DNA of 64,000 nucleotides from Minisyncoccia bacterium (GCA_041740795.1 JBGSLH010000008.1:15860-79859), one strand, 5' to 3'. Counted from the stretch's first letter, positions 8,728 to 18,823 are shown. The notes: a model not told the origin generated them from the letters alone. Numbers and translations: made by a program.

Positions 8728-11133
8728 ATGAATTACTACAAGCTTCAAGAATACAAAAAAGACGTATATCCAGGAATCATTCTTGACGAGATTCTTTCGT
8801 ACAGGTTCCGCAAAGTCATGCGCAAGATTCTCCTTCTGCTTACGTGTGTAAGTATTATTGCACTTTTGATTCCGTCCCAATTCTTGGGATCACACCTGTT
8901 CCTACTTCGTGCTGTGTTCATGCTTTTTCTCTGTATGTATGTAGGACTTATTCTGCTTGAGGCAATGTATCGATCATGCTATTTTAAAAAGAATAAAGTC
9001 GACATTCGTGTACTTCGCATCCTCAACACTTCCAAAAAAAACAACGATCTTACGACGCTTTTTCTCAATCACGAACTTGGACAGTACGTAATGTACAGGC
9101 TTGGATATGCACAGTCCGACATAATGGACTTTTTGAATACAAAAAAAGACATTGTAACCAGGCATGAGTTCGAGATTATTGAGAATGATGATAATGAAGT
9201 CTCGTTTGCAGAGTTCGGATATTCGCTTGCACACTTCGATTCCGACCTTTCGCAATTTCTGCGTACACATGGAGTGACTGTTGGTGATTTTAAGCAGACA
9301 CTCGAATGGGTGGCGCGTATGGACCAAGCAATCAAGGAACAGGAAAGGTGGTGGACACTCGACAACCTCCTGCGGATTCCGAGTATTGGCAAGAGTCTCG
9401 CTTTTGGACAGGTATACAATCTTGAACGGTTCGGTCACAACATCGTGCGTGATACAGCATACGTGCAGCTGGGAGAAAAGTGGCGGACATACAAAACGTC
9501 AGTGCGCAAGCTCGAGGCTGTACTTTCCAAATCGGTCGGGGGAAATATTTTGTTGACGGCAGACGCGGCATACCTCACACTCGATGCAATCGCATCACTC
9601 GGAAAGGAAATCATGCAAGGTACTGTACTTTCAAACCTTGAAAATAAGCGCATTTATGTGCTCGACGTGAATATACTCATCTCAAGCTATGGAGAAAAAT
9701 CCGAGTTCGAGACGATGTTCCAGACTGTCTTGCACGAAGCCGCATACGCTGGAAACGTTATTCTAGCAATTCCAAACTTCGGGGACTTTGTACAGAACAC
9801 ACATTCCCTTGGAGTTGATGTGAAGGATATTATTCGCGAAGCACTCCAATCTTCAAGACTGCAAGTGATTGCGACCGCAAGTGAAAGATCTTTTCATGAA
9901 GTACTCGAGACTGATCTTGATCTCATGACACATTTTGAAAAATTACAGCTCAACGAATTCGACTCGTACCAGGCAATCTCGATTCTCCAGCAGGAAGTTC
10001 TGTATGCTGAAAATCGAGAGCATGTATTTTTTACATATCAGGCAGTGAAGCGAATCGTAGAAAGTGCTGATCGGTATTTTGCTGAGACATCGCTTCTCGA
10101 TAAGAGCGTTGATATTCTCAATGAGATAATTCCTGTCGTAAAGCAGCAGGGTGAATTTGTCATCACACAGGAGCACGTCGATGCACTCGTGACATCCAAG
10201 ACAGGAATCTCACTCGGCAAAATCTCAAGGGACGAATCAAAAAAACTTTCTAATATTGCAGCAGAAATGAAGGCACGCGTGATTGGACAAGATTCTGCAG
10301 TCGAAGCAGTATGCGAGGCGATGCTCCGTGCACGAACTGGACTCGCCAATCCCAAACGCCCTCTCGCATCTTTTCTTTTTGTCGGACCGACAGGTGTGGG
10401 TAAGACCGAAACCGCGAAGGCGCTTGCTGCACTGTTCTTCAAGGATGAGGAAAATATGCTTCGAAGCGACATGAGTGAATATTCCGATGCAGAAGCGGTA
10501 CCTCGGATGATTGGCGACGCAGGGCATGTGGGGGTCTTTGCTTCAAAGGTGAGACAACAAGGTCACGGTGTCCTTCTTTTGGATGAATTTGAAAAAGCAT
10601 CTCCAGACGTTCATGACTTATTTCTACAGATTATAGATGAAGGGTTCTTTACGGATGGTCGGGGAGAAAAGGTTATGATGCGTAACTTTATAATTATTGC
10701 GACATCCAATGCTGGAAGCGATCTGTTTGCACTACATGTAGGTACTCCAGTTCACAAGCAGGAGATAGTTGATCATATCATCAGCAAGCATCTCCTGCGT
10801 TCAGAACTTCTCAATAGGTTTGACGATGTGATCGTGTTTGAATCGCTTCTTGCACATGATACGCTTTTGAGTATCGCACACATCTCCGTGTCCAAGTTGG
10901 TTGAGCGTCTCGATAGGCGAGGAATTACACTCAAGGAAACATCCGAGCTTCTACAATATCTTGTGAAGGTCGGAACTAACCCTGTATTCGGAGCTCGGGA
11001 GATAAATCGTGTAATAACCCGTGAACTCGAGTCCAAAATTGCTCAAGCACTCGTCTTGGGAGATCTCTTTGAAGGTGATACAATATCTTTTGTTGTTTCA
11101 AGTGGAGAAATCGAAATCCAAAAATATTCATGA
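8728..11133 (+). CDS. ClpA/ClpB-like AAA+ ATPase with N-terminal TM segments
   Basis: Second AAA module intact (VIGQ, FVGPTGVGKTETAK, LLDEFEKA, IIIATSN, ELLNRFD, FGAR); first Walker A degenerate. Confidence 0.85.
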   Translation: MNYYKLQEYKKDVYPGIILDEILSYRFRKVMRKILLLLTCVSIIALLIPSQFLGSHLFLLRAVFMLFLCMYVGLILLEAMYRSCYFKKNKVDIRVLRILNTSKKNNDLTTLFLNHELGQYVMYRLGYAQSDIMDFLNTKKDIVTRHEFEIIENDDNEVSFAEFGYSLAHFDSDLSQFLRTHGVTVGDFKQTLEWVARMDQAIKEQERWWTLDNLLRIPSIGKSLAFGQVYNLERFGHNIVRDTAYVQLGEKWRTYKTSVRKLEAVLSKSVGGNILLTADAAYLTLDAIASLGKEIMQGTVLSNLENKRIYVLDVNILISSYGEKSEFETMFQTVLHEAAYAGNVILAIPNFGDFVQNTHSLGVDVKDIIREALQSSRLQVIATASERSFHEVLETDLDLMTHFEKLQLNEFDSYQAISILQQEVLYAENREHVFFTYQAVKRIVESADRYFAETSLLDKSVDILNEIIPVVKQQGEFVITQEHVDALVTSKTGISLGKISRDESKKLSNIAAEMKARVIGQDSAVEAVCEAMLRARTGLANPKRPLASFLFVGPTGVGKTETAKALAALFFKDEENMLRSDMSEYSDAEAVPRMIGDAGHVGVFASKVRQQGHGVLLLDEFEKASPDVHDLFLQIIDEGFFTDGRGEKVMMRNFIIIATSNAGSDLFALHVGTPVHKQEIVDHIISKHLLRSELLNRFDDVIVFESLLAHDTLLSIAHISVSKLVERLDRRGITLKETSELLQYLVKVGTNPVFGAREINRVITRELESKIAQALVLGDLFEGDTISFVVSSGEIEIQKYS

Positions 11134-12119
11134 TGAAAAAAACTATTTCAACTTTTATATTCCTAATCGCAATTGTATGCGGTATGGGAGTAGGCTATGT
11201 CGCAACTCACGCTGCGGGAGTTACGTATAACACAGTTCTTGCATATGTTTCAGAATTCACCATCGACCTTCGTGCTCAGAGAGTAATTGCCGAGAGTGCA
11301 CAAGGCGGCCCTGAAGCCGAAAGTATAATAGAGAGTGATTTTAACCAGTCTCTTGAGCAATACACCAAGACATTCGAGGTGAACTCCAAGAACAAACCTG
11401 TGAAGATTTCTGCTGCGAGCTATCTTGTTGCCGATCTTGAAACTGGAAAGGTCCTTGCTTCAAAGAATATCAATCAGCAACTTCCTATTGCGTCAGTTAC
11501 CAAGTTGATGACGGCGATCGTTGCCGACGAGACACTCGGACTTGATACAAAGACAACTGTAAGTGCAAGTGCGATCAATACGTACGGTACGCAAGGAGAA
11601 TTAAAAAAGGGTGAGTCGTATTCCGTCCTTGAAATGTTCTACCCACTTTTGCTTGAATCGAGCAACGATGCTGCAGAAGCGCTTGCTCAGACCAAGAACC
11701 GGACGCAGTTCGTTGGGGACATGAATGGCAAAGCCAAGTCGATCGGGCTCCTCAATACGACATACGAGGATGCCAGCGGGCTTTCCTCAGGCAACCAGTC
11801 GACAGTGACGGATCTTTTTAGACTGACACAGTATATTTCAAAATATCGGGAATATATCTTCGAGATTTCAACCGAAAAGGAAAAGAAACTGGGTAAAAAA
11901 ACCTGGTTCAGTAACTCACGATTCAGAAGTGATGATGATTATAAAGGGGGCAAGAACGGATACACTGATGAGGCGCTCAAGACACAGATAGTTCTTTTTG
12001 AAGAACCATTTGATAAAGACGAACGAACGATCGTTTATATCGTACTTCGAAGTACCGACGTTGCATACGATATCAAGATGCTGCGGGATTTTGTATATAA
12101 GAACGTAGAATATAAGTAA
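11130..12119 (+). CDS. D-alanyl-D-alanine carboxypeptidase (peptidase S11)
   Basis: PIASVTKLMT (SxxK), SSNDAA (SxN), GGKNGY (KTG-like). Confidence 0.9.
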   Translation: MMKKTISTFIFLIAIVCGMGVGYVATHAAGVTYNTVLAYVSEFTIDLRAQRVIAESAQGGPEAESIIESDFNQSLEQYTKTFEVNSKNKPVKISAASYLVADLETGKVLASKNINQQLPIASVTKLMTAIVADETLGLDTKTTVSASAINTYGTQGELKKGESYSVLEMFYPLLLESSNDAAEALAQTKNRTQFVGDMNGKAKSIGLLNTTYEDASGLSSGNQSTVTDLFRLTQYISKYREYIFEISTEKEKKLGKKTWFSNSRFRSDDDYKGGKNGYTDEALKTQIVLFEEPFDKDERTIVYIVLRSTDVAYDIKMLRDFVYKNVEYK

Positions 12120-12166
12120 AGCGCTCTCGCTTTTCAAAAACAGGATGAATATGATACTGTGCTGAT

Positions 12167-13306
12167 ATGAATCTGTTTTCCTTATTCAAAAAAGAAAAAA
12201 CAGTCATGGGATTTTGGGCGACACTCAAAAAACCACTTATCGTACTCGCACCAATGGCGGACGTTACTGATGTGTCCTTCAGGCAGATGTTTGCAAAGTA
12301 CGGCAAACCTGACGTGACGTGGACCGAGTTCGTGGCGGCAGACGGACTGATTCGTTCTCCTAAGGACAATCCTGATGATACAGGACTTAGCAGTAATGCA
12401 AAACTGTGGAAAGATCTTTTGTATTTTGAAAATGAGCGTCCGATCGTGGCACAGCTTTTTAGTGGGAATCCGGAATACATGGAAAAGGCTTCGTACGAAG
12501 TGACTCTTGCAGGATTCGACGGTATCGATATTAATATGGGATGTCCGGACAAGGCGATCCAGAGACAGAAGGCGGGAGCCTTTCTTATAAAAGATCCGAA
12601 GCGCGCGACAGCGATTGTCGCTGCGGTCAAAAAAGGGATTGCGCGCGCTTCCAAAGAGCTCAATAAGAAACCGATTCCTGTTTCGATAAAGACGCGTCTC
12701 GGGTTCAACTCAGATACGATGGAAGAATGGGTGACGCATCTTCTTAAGTCTAAGCCTGCAGTGTTGACGCTCCATGCACGAACGCGAAAGGAAATGTCAA
12801 AAGTTCCTGCAAGATGGGATCGCGTGAAGGATGCGGTCGCGCTTCGTGATTCTCTCAAATCCGAAACGCTTATTTTTGGAAATGGTGACGTGACTGATCT
12901 TGAAGATGCATTCAAAAAAGTACAAGAGACAGGATGTGATGGTGTGATGGTAGGGCGGGGGATTTTTGGAAATCCGTGGTTCTTTGCCAATTTGGCTCAC
13001 CTGAAAGGTGGTTGCCAAATTGAGCACTCATCAAAACCTCTGTTTGAGGGGAGCAATGACCACAAAGGTTCATCGGCAGAAACCTTCGTCAGTGAAATCT
13101 CCCCCGAACAGAAACTCCGCGGACTCGTCGAACATACCCAACTTTTTGAAAAGCACCTTTCGCACAAGAATTTCAGTATCATGAAAAAACACTACAAGGC
13201 GTACGTGAACGGTTTTGACGGCGCAAAGGAACTGCGGAACGATCTCATGGAGGCACGTAATGCACAGGAAGTGGAACGGGTGGTGAAAGCGTTCCTGAAG
13301 AATTAG
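12167..13306 (+). CDS. dus: tRNA-dihydrouridine synthase
   Basis: LAPMADVTD, DINMGCP, SIKTRLG, LHARTR, GNGDV, GVMVGRG. Confidence 0.93.
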   Translation: MNLFSLFKKEKTVMGFWATLKKPLIVLAPMADVTDVSFRQMFAKYGKPDVTWTEFVAADGLIRSPKDNPDDTGLSSNAKLWKDLLYFENERPIVAQLFSGNPEYMEKASYEVTLAGFDGIDINMGCPDKAIQRQKAGAFLIKDPKRATAIVAAVKKGIARASKELNKKPIPVSIKTRLGFNSDTMEEWVTHLLKSKPAVLTLHARTRKEMSKVPARWDRVKDAVALRDSLKSETLIFGNGDVTDLEDAFKKVQETGCDGVMVGRGIFGNPWFFANLAHLKGGCQIEHSSKPLFEGSNDHKGSSAETFVSEISPEQKLRGLVEHTQLFEKHLSHKNFSIMKKHYKAYVNGFDGAKELRNDLMEARNAQEVERVVKAFLKN

Positions 13307-13495
13307 AACGGCAGCCCTTCCTTCCCAGAAGGGACAGACTGTGCTATATTCTCTGCAGGAAGCAGTTCCGTAGAAAACAAAAGGAGGTATAAGACATGGA
13401 ATATTAGTCATGATTCCCCGACAGACCCTGAAATCGCACAAGACGCTGCGCTTTCAGGGTCTTTTCAACCTCATTTTTCACCTTTCTCAAAAAGC

Positions 13496-13529
13496 TTGAC
13501 AATATTGCATAGTATGCTATACTATGCAA
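13496..13529 (+). promoter_or_regulatory. sigma70 promoter overlapped by an 11-bp inverted repeat
   Basis: TTGACA-16 nt-TATACT with extended -10 TG; TTGCATAGTAT-GCT-ATACTATGCAA. Confidence 0.7.
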
Positions 13530-13811
13530 GTTCAGTTCTTCCCCCAAATGAAAACGTGAAGAGAGGCAGTGGGATCCGTGTGATCTCCCCCAACAGTAGG
13601 ATTCTTTACTGCCTCTCTTCTCGGATTCCATAGACACTTTCCCCCCAAAGGCGGGCACAAGCAGTGGTCGATTCTTTACAAGAAGGATCCCGAGCTGTTC
13701 ACCCACATCCCCCCGATAACAGCTTATGCTGTGTCCGCCTTAAATTTCCAGCATAGTGTGTCGTTGGTTCTGATAAGCCCGGTTCGATTTTCGAACCGGG
13801 CCTTTTCTTTT
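13530..13811 (+). ncRNA. putative structured ncRNA with C-rich single-stranded motifs
   Basis: Promoter upstream; stems 13558-13570/13608-13620 and 13648-13659/13730-13741; terminator 13777-13811; no credible ORF seen. Confidence 0.6.
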
Positions 13812-13866
13812 GTCTTGTTAATGAAAAATTGACACAATGAAACACTTTTTATAGTATGTAAAGAGA

Positions 13867-14433
13867 ATGAGTACAAAAATTTTGGTAAACAGATCAAGTG
13901 CATTGAGTTTGGAATCAATGATGATTCAGTTAGAACGTCAAGGTGAAGGAATAGACAGTCATCGAGTCTGCACATTCAATCATCCCGATCGGACAATTCA
14001 ATTGCGCAGGCATACATTTGATCGAAGAGAAAGTGATCAAGCTGTCTCATTGAGTCATCGATTGGTTTCTTGGGCAGAACCTTGGATTTCGGAAATCCGT
14101 TTCATTACGGATCTCAATCTTCCTCGGCCAGCCCAGCGATGCTTCTATTGTCTCAATAAGAGCGAACTCTACACAACTATGTTCTACGCAGAAGGTGCGG
14201 ACCTATTTTTTGGCCCGTTCTTTAGTCGAAGTTCGGAAGTACGTTCGGTACTTCAAGAGTATATAGAGTCATTGTACGGACAGGAGATGAAGTTTTCGGA
14301 AACCGGTTCGGGACTCTGGAGAAAGATTCAGGACACCCACGGACTGACAGGTCTTCTTGCAATCTGGAACGATCTGTATGAAAGCACGATTCTTCCCGAA
14401 ATGCTTCTGATGGATCCTTTCTGTTTCGATTAG
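13867..14433 (+). CDS. hypothetical protein
   Basis: 188-aa ORF with upstream TTGACA and downstream terminator. Confidence 0.65.
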   Translation: MSTKILVNRSSALSLESMMIQLERQGEGIDSHRVCTFNHPDRTIQLRRHTFDRRESDQAVSLSHRLVSWAEPWISEIRFITDLNLPRPAQRCFYCLNKSELYTTMFYAEGADLFFGPFFSRSSEVRSVLQEYIESLYGQEMKFSETGSGLWRKIQDTHGLTGLLAIWNDLYESTILPEMLLMDPFCFD

Positions 14434-14444
14434 GCACCAGCATC

Positions 14445-14482
14445 AACCCTCCCACGCTTCGGCGTCGGAGGGTTTTCTTTTT
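14445..14482 (+). terminator. intrinsic terminator
   Basis: AACCCTCC...GGAGGGTT followed by T-tract. Confidence 0.7.
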
Positions 14483-14598
14483 GTAAAAAACAAATAAAAA
14501 GCTGCGTCCAAGTGATGGACGCAGCGGTTAAATGGATTCCTTGGATCCTAAGATCCTTGGATGTGAATACGGCTTTACGTACGGGGCCACGGAGTTTG

Positions 14599-14730
14599 TT
14601 AGAAACCTGCAGGATCGTCAGTAGGATATCGATAGGCGGGCGATGAGGAGGGCATTGCGGTTGCGGCGGATTGGTCGAGGCGGCGGCTGGCGCAGGGTCG
14701 ACCCCTGTTGTGTGCAGTGATTGTATTCAT
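14599..14730 (-). CDS. possible 43-aa small protein
   Basis: MNTITAHNRGRPCASRRLDQSAATAMPSSSPAYRYPTDDPAGF between a minus-strand promoter (~14878-14903) and terminator (14501-14525). Confidence 0.3.
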   Translation of the reverse strand: MNTITAHNRGRPCASRRLDQSAATAMPSSSPAYRYPTDDPAGF

Positions 14731-15037
14731 CGTTTCGTATTTTGGCGGTTTTGAGGTCGATTAACCTCGGCTTACCTGTAACTCACAGATTGTGAGAGCA
14801 GGTATCTACAGTCATCGCATGACTACATATACCTACTCTCACAGACTGATTCATCTTTATGAAGAACTATTTTTAATAGTAAAACTTTTGATATCTTTGT
14901 CAAATTTTTTGTAAACTTCGCAAATATGGTCGACTCTACTAAGACTTTTGTCGCTGGGTAGCTCAAAATAGTAAGCGTCGCGACATCATGAATTTATAGT
15001 CGCTTTGCTCCTTAAATTCTTATGTTAAACTGAACGC

Positions 15038-16069
15038 ATGTCCCAACACAAGACTCTCTATACCAAATACCGTCCGCATGTCTTCAAGGATGTTCTCGGG
15101 CAAGAACATGTCACTGATGTACTCAGAGAATCTATCGCGCTTGGTAATGTCGCACACGCATATCTTTTTTTTGGATCACGAGGAACAGGGAAGACTTCTG
15201 TAGCTCGAATAGTTGCACACGAGATTGGAACGCACGAGGATGACCTCTATGAGATCGACGCAGCATCGAACACCAGTGTCGATGATATTCGTTCGCTCAA
15301 TGAAGCTGTACATATTATGCCATTCAAGTCCAAGTACAAAGTGTACATATTGGATGAAGTACACATGCTTTCCAAGTCTGCTTTTAATGCACTCCTTAAG
15401 ACACTTGAAGAACCTCCTAAGCATGTAATCTTCGTGCTTGCTACAACAGAGATGCACAAAGTGCCAGACACTATTATTTCAAGATGTGAAGTGTATACGT
15501 TCAAAAAACCAACACAGAGCCTGCTCAAGGACATGGTTCTCAAGACTGCAAAAGCAGAAAGTGTAACACTTGAACCTTCGGCTGCTGATCTCATCGCACT
15601 CCTTGGAGACGGATCATTTAGGGATACGCACGGTACACTCCAAAAAGTAATTCACGCATCGGGCGACAAGAAGATCACTGTAGAGGAAGTCGAGAAGGTA
15701 ACAGGAGCACCCAAGGCACAACTTGTGAATGCTGTGATCGAATCAATTGCGCATAAGAATATTGAAAAGGGTCTCGACGCCGTAGTTCAGGCAACGAGCC
15801 AGAACATCGACATGAGCATTTTTGTATCCATGATCCTCAACAAAGTGCGAGCAATCTTGCTCGTGCGGTATTCTCCTTCTATAAGTAAAACAATCTCAGA
15901 AACCATGACAGAGAGTGACGTCGAATTTGTATCGACTCTTGCCAAGCAGTCTGATTCTCCAATTACTTCGCAGACACTAGTCACATTACTCGATACCTAC
16001 ACAATGATTGGTAAGGCACATGCTCCACACATCCCACTTGAGATTGCATTATTTGATTTAGCAAAGTAA
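15038..16069 (+). CDS. dnaX: DNA polymerase III subunit gamma/tau
   Basis: LYTKYRP, GSRGTGKT, EIDAAS, ILDEVHMLS, FNALLKTLEEP, SRC. Confidence 0.96.
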   Translation: MSQHKTLYTKYRPHVFKDVLGQEHVTDVLRESIALGNVAHAYLFFGSRGTGKTSVARIVAHEIGTHEDDLYEIDAASNTSVDDIRSLNEAVHIMPFKSKYKVYILDEVHMLSKSAFNALLKTLEEPPKHVIFVLATTEMHKVPDTIISRCEVYTFKKPTQSLLKDMVLKTAKAESVTLEPSAADLIALLGDGSFRDTHGTLQKVIHASGDKKITVEEVEKVTGAPKAQLVNAVIESIAHKNIEKGLDAVVQATSQNIDMSIFVSMILNKVRAILLVRYSPSISKTISETMTESDVEFVSTLAKQSDSPITSQTLVTLLDTYTMIGKAHAPHIPLEIALFDLAK

Positions 16070-16082
16070 TATCCCCGCTACA

Positions 16083-17402
16083 GTGAAGAAATTTATACTA
16101 TCAGTTGCAGGTGGATGCGTCGTTGGAGGTCTTTTGGCTTGGGCGTTCATTATATTCGTTCCGCAGTTGCCGGACTTTTTGGCACGCACGTTCTTTACTC
16201 CGGTCATCAATGCACCACATAACATCACACAAAACATCCAGAATGCTTTTTCTGCAACAACAGATCAATACATTATTGAATCTGTAGACCAGGCGATCCC
16301 TCAGGATACCAAGGTGGTATACGCGGATCTCGGAGCGATGAAGATCTCACTGTACGAAAACGGAACCGTGATAGAGGAATACCCTATACAGTCTGTCGGG
16401 CGTGAAGGGACTGCGTGGCAGACACCGCTTGGTAAGTTCGATATGAGCTACAAAATGGAAAATCATTTTTCGAGTATCGGACACGTGTATATGCCTTTCT
16501 CTATGCACTTCTTCGGGAATTACTTCATCCACGGCTGGCCGTACTATGCGGACGGCACTCCTGTTCCCAAAGGATATTCTGGAGGATGCATTAGACTTAA
16601 CACGCCAGATTCTGAGCATGTGTTCGACTTTGTGGACAAGAACACAGAACTGATTGTGACCACGTCCGCTGACAAAATACTCAAGCAGGGCGAACTGCAA
16701 TATGTACTGACCGAACGCGCACCAGAACTTGATTCCCGCTTTCTTGTTGTCGATCTTGAGACAGGTGAAGTTGTAGCGACACAGGGAGGAACGGAAAAGG
16801 TTGCAATCGGATCTTTTGCAAAGCTCATGACCGCACTCATCTCGCTCGAGTCCCTCAACCAGTATCAAGAAACTGTCTTGCGTCAGGACATCGTCAACAT
16901 TGCAGATGTTCTCTATGCACTCCTCTTGGGTGATGACGACGATGCGGGCAAGCTCCTCTACGAACACAAGCACAAAGCGCAGTATCTTCTCGATATGAAT
17001 ACGCGTGCCAAGTCCCTCGGTATGAGCGCGACCACATACACCGACGTGAATGGAACTTCCTCGAGTACTGTCTCGACACTCGAGGACTCGTTTCGACTTT
17101 TTCAATATATGAATTCATACAAACCATTTATGCTCAAGGCACTTTCGCTCGATGAGTACGAGATTGCCGGAACAACGTACGAAGCACTTCATCCACTTAG
17201 GGAGACCGATGGATATGTCGCGGGATTTGCTGATGACTCCAATAGTGAACTTGCTACGCTCGTATCTGTAGATATTAAACGTGTGGAGATGGAGGAAAAT
17301 CCAGAGAAGACGTTCGTTATCCTAGTTGAAGGAAGCGAGAATGCGAAGGAAGATACGTTGCGGCTGTATGAGTGGGTGAAGGGGAGTGTGGAGGTGAGAT
17401 AG
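16083..17402 (+). CDS. L,D-transpeptidase (YkuD) fused to a degenerate peptidase S11 domain
   Basis: TPLG, FIHGW...SGGCIRL (YkuD His/Cys); C-terminal VVDLETGEV, SFAKLMT. Confidence 0.85.
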   Translation: MKKFILSVAGGCVVGGLLAWAFIIFVPQLPDFLARTFFTPVINAPHNITQNIQNAFSATTDQYIIESVDQAIPQDTKVVYADLGAMKISLYENGTVIEEYPIQSVGREGTAWQTPLGKFDMSYKMENHFSSIGHVYMPFSMHFFGNYFIHGWPYYADGTPVPKGYSGGCIRLNTPDSEHVFDFVDKNTELIVTTSADKILKQGELQYVLTERAPELDSRFLVVDLETGEVVATQGGTEKVAIGSFAKLMTALISLESLNQYQETVLRQDIVNIADVLYALLLGDDDDAGKLLYEHKHKAQYLLDMNTRAKSLGMSATTYTDVNGTSSSTVSTLEDSFRLFQYMNSYKPFMLKALSLDEYEIAGTTYEALHPLRETDGYVAGFADDSNSELATLVSVDIKRVEMEENPEKTFVILVEGSENAKEDTLRLYEWVKGSVEVR

Positions 17403-17483
17403 GGAAGAAAGGGAAGTCAATTGAAAAATAGATAAAATCTGTTATAAATAGGTGTACCTCGTATTCGTACGAGGTGTGAATAT

Positions 17484-17554
17484 TGCCCGATCGTCTAATG
17501 GTAGGACTGCGGTTTTTGGTACCGTCTATCGAGGTTCGAGTCCTTGTCGGGCAG
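17484..17554 (+). tRNA. tRNA-Gln(TTG)
   Basis: TGCCCGATCGTCTAATGGTAGGACT-GCGGT-TT-TTG-GT-ACCGT-...GGTTCGAGTCCTTGTCGGGCAG. Confidence 0.95.
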
Positions 17555-17677
17555 CTATTGACAGCTAGCTCAAATATGTTGTGTAATTAGAGCGCTCAAG
17601 TTGCGTTGATTTTCATTATGATTTTCTGCTTCTGTGGAGGAGTTGGACATTTAGTTTAAAGTGTTAAGATTTAATTG

Positions 17678-18823
17678 ATGAATAAAACAGAAATAATTTC
17701 TAAGCATTTTTCTAACATCGAAGGAGTGTTATTTGGAAAAAAAGAAATAGGAAAAAGTTTATGGGATCTATGGTATCACCCAACTATAAGATTTTTATGG
17801 CAGCAAGATTTTGATGAAAATAATGAAGTTTGGTATAGGGAAGTAGATTTATTGCAACTGGCAAAAGATGATTTATTTTTAGATATAAGGAAAAGTATGT
17901 CTTTTGTTGTGCAACAAGAATTAACTAAAATAGACGAGCTCGATCAAGATAATTCAAAGAGCAATTACTACTCCATCTTAGTACGTATATTTGATTTGGA
18001 AGATGAAACAGATGAGAATGTATGTTTATTTCTTGATCAAATTTTTCAGAATGAATTTAAAAAAAATGAGAATGACCCACTTTTACTCTGTATTTACGGA
18101 GGATATCAGCAATGGTTGTTAAGAAGGATGGGGAAGAAAGCAAAAGCTGATCAAACAGACTTCTCAAGTGTTCCTTGGAACAGAATTATTTTACCCAAAA
18201 ATTATAAATTTGCTCTGGAATATTATGAGAAAGCACTTTCTTTCGACCCTGATAATTATGTAATTTTAGGACTTATCGGGTATGATTTAGGATTTCATTT
18301 AAACCACGAGCAACACGAAGACGCTATAAAACTTTATGATAAATCTTTAGGAATTAATCCAGAAAATAAATACATACTTTTTTACAAGGCTAAGTGGCAT
18401 AAAGAACACAATGAGAAAGAAGAAGAAATTAATTGTTACATTCGTATTTTAAAGATTGATCCTGATAATCTTGTAATCTGTAAATTGCTGGCTGAAACTC
18501 TTCTTTCAGTGAACAATAAAATAGATGCCTTCAAATATTATGAAATAATAATTTCTAATCTTGAAATCCAGAAACAATTTTTAGCGTTGCATCCTGAGAT
18601 ACTTTTAGATATTTGGCCATTATTGAAGGAGTTTAATAGGAAAGACCAATCACAAATTTATTTCGATTATTGGCTTTCTTCAAAAGGAATTGATTTGTTG
18701 TTTAATTCGACTAAATTGGCACCCTTGTATTCAAAAAATAAGATAGAGAATATTCAGAATATTATTTTAAAGTTAAATGAGCAAAAAGTAGATTTTTTAG
18801 ATTTCAAAAACAACATGTTATAA
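17678..18823 (+). CDS. TPR-repeat protein
   Basis: ALEYYEKALSFDPDN, AIKLYDKSLGINPEN, CYIRILKIDPDN. Confidence 0.8.
   Translation: MNKTEIISKHFSNIEGVLFGKKEIGKSLWDLWYHPTIRFLWQQDFDENNEVWYREVDLLQLAKDDLFLDIRKSMSFVVQQELTKIDELDQDNSKSNYYSILVRIFDLEDETDENVCLFLDQIFQNEFKKNENDPLLLCIYGGYQQWLLRRMGKKAKADQTDFSSVPWNRIILPKNYKFALEYYEKALSFDPDNYVILGLIGYDLGFHLNHEQHEDAIKLYDKSLGINPENKYILFYKAKWHKEHNEKEEEINCYIRILKIDPDNLVICKLLAETLLSVNNKIDAFKYYEIIISNLEIQKQFLALHPEILLDIWPLLKEFNRKDQSQIYFDYWLSSKGIDLLFNSTKLAPLYSKNKIENIQNIILKLNEQKVDFLDFKNNML

Noticed and set aside
12073-12990. 305-aa antisense ORF and other long shadow ORFs (e.g. 16347-17105, 61706-62260)
   Set aside because: They lie opposite well-supported genes and lack recognisable motifs
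12996-13095. Possible in-frame palindromic insertion in dus
   Set aside because: The linker looks long, but hairpins are short and no second copy was seen in the window
13530-13811. RNase P RNA, tmRNA, 6S or SRP RNA
   Set aside because: No GAGGAAAGTCC, no tRNA-like ends or tag ORF, no single long rod and no SRP loop motif recognised by eye
14905-15037. ffs/SRP RNA upstream of dnaX
   Set aside because: Position is suggestive in other bacteria but no conserved SRP motif is visible
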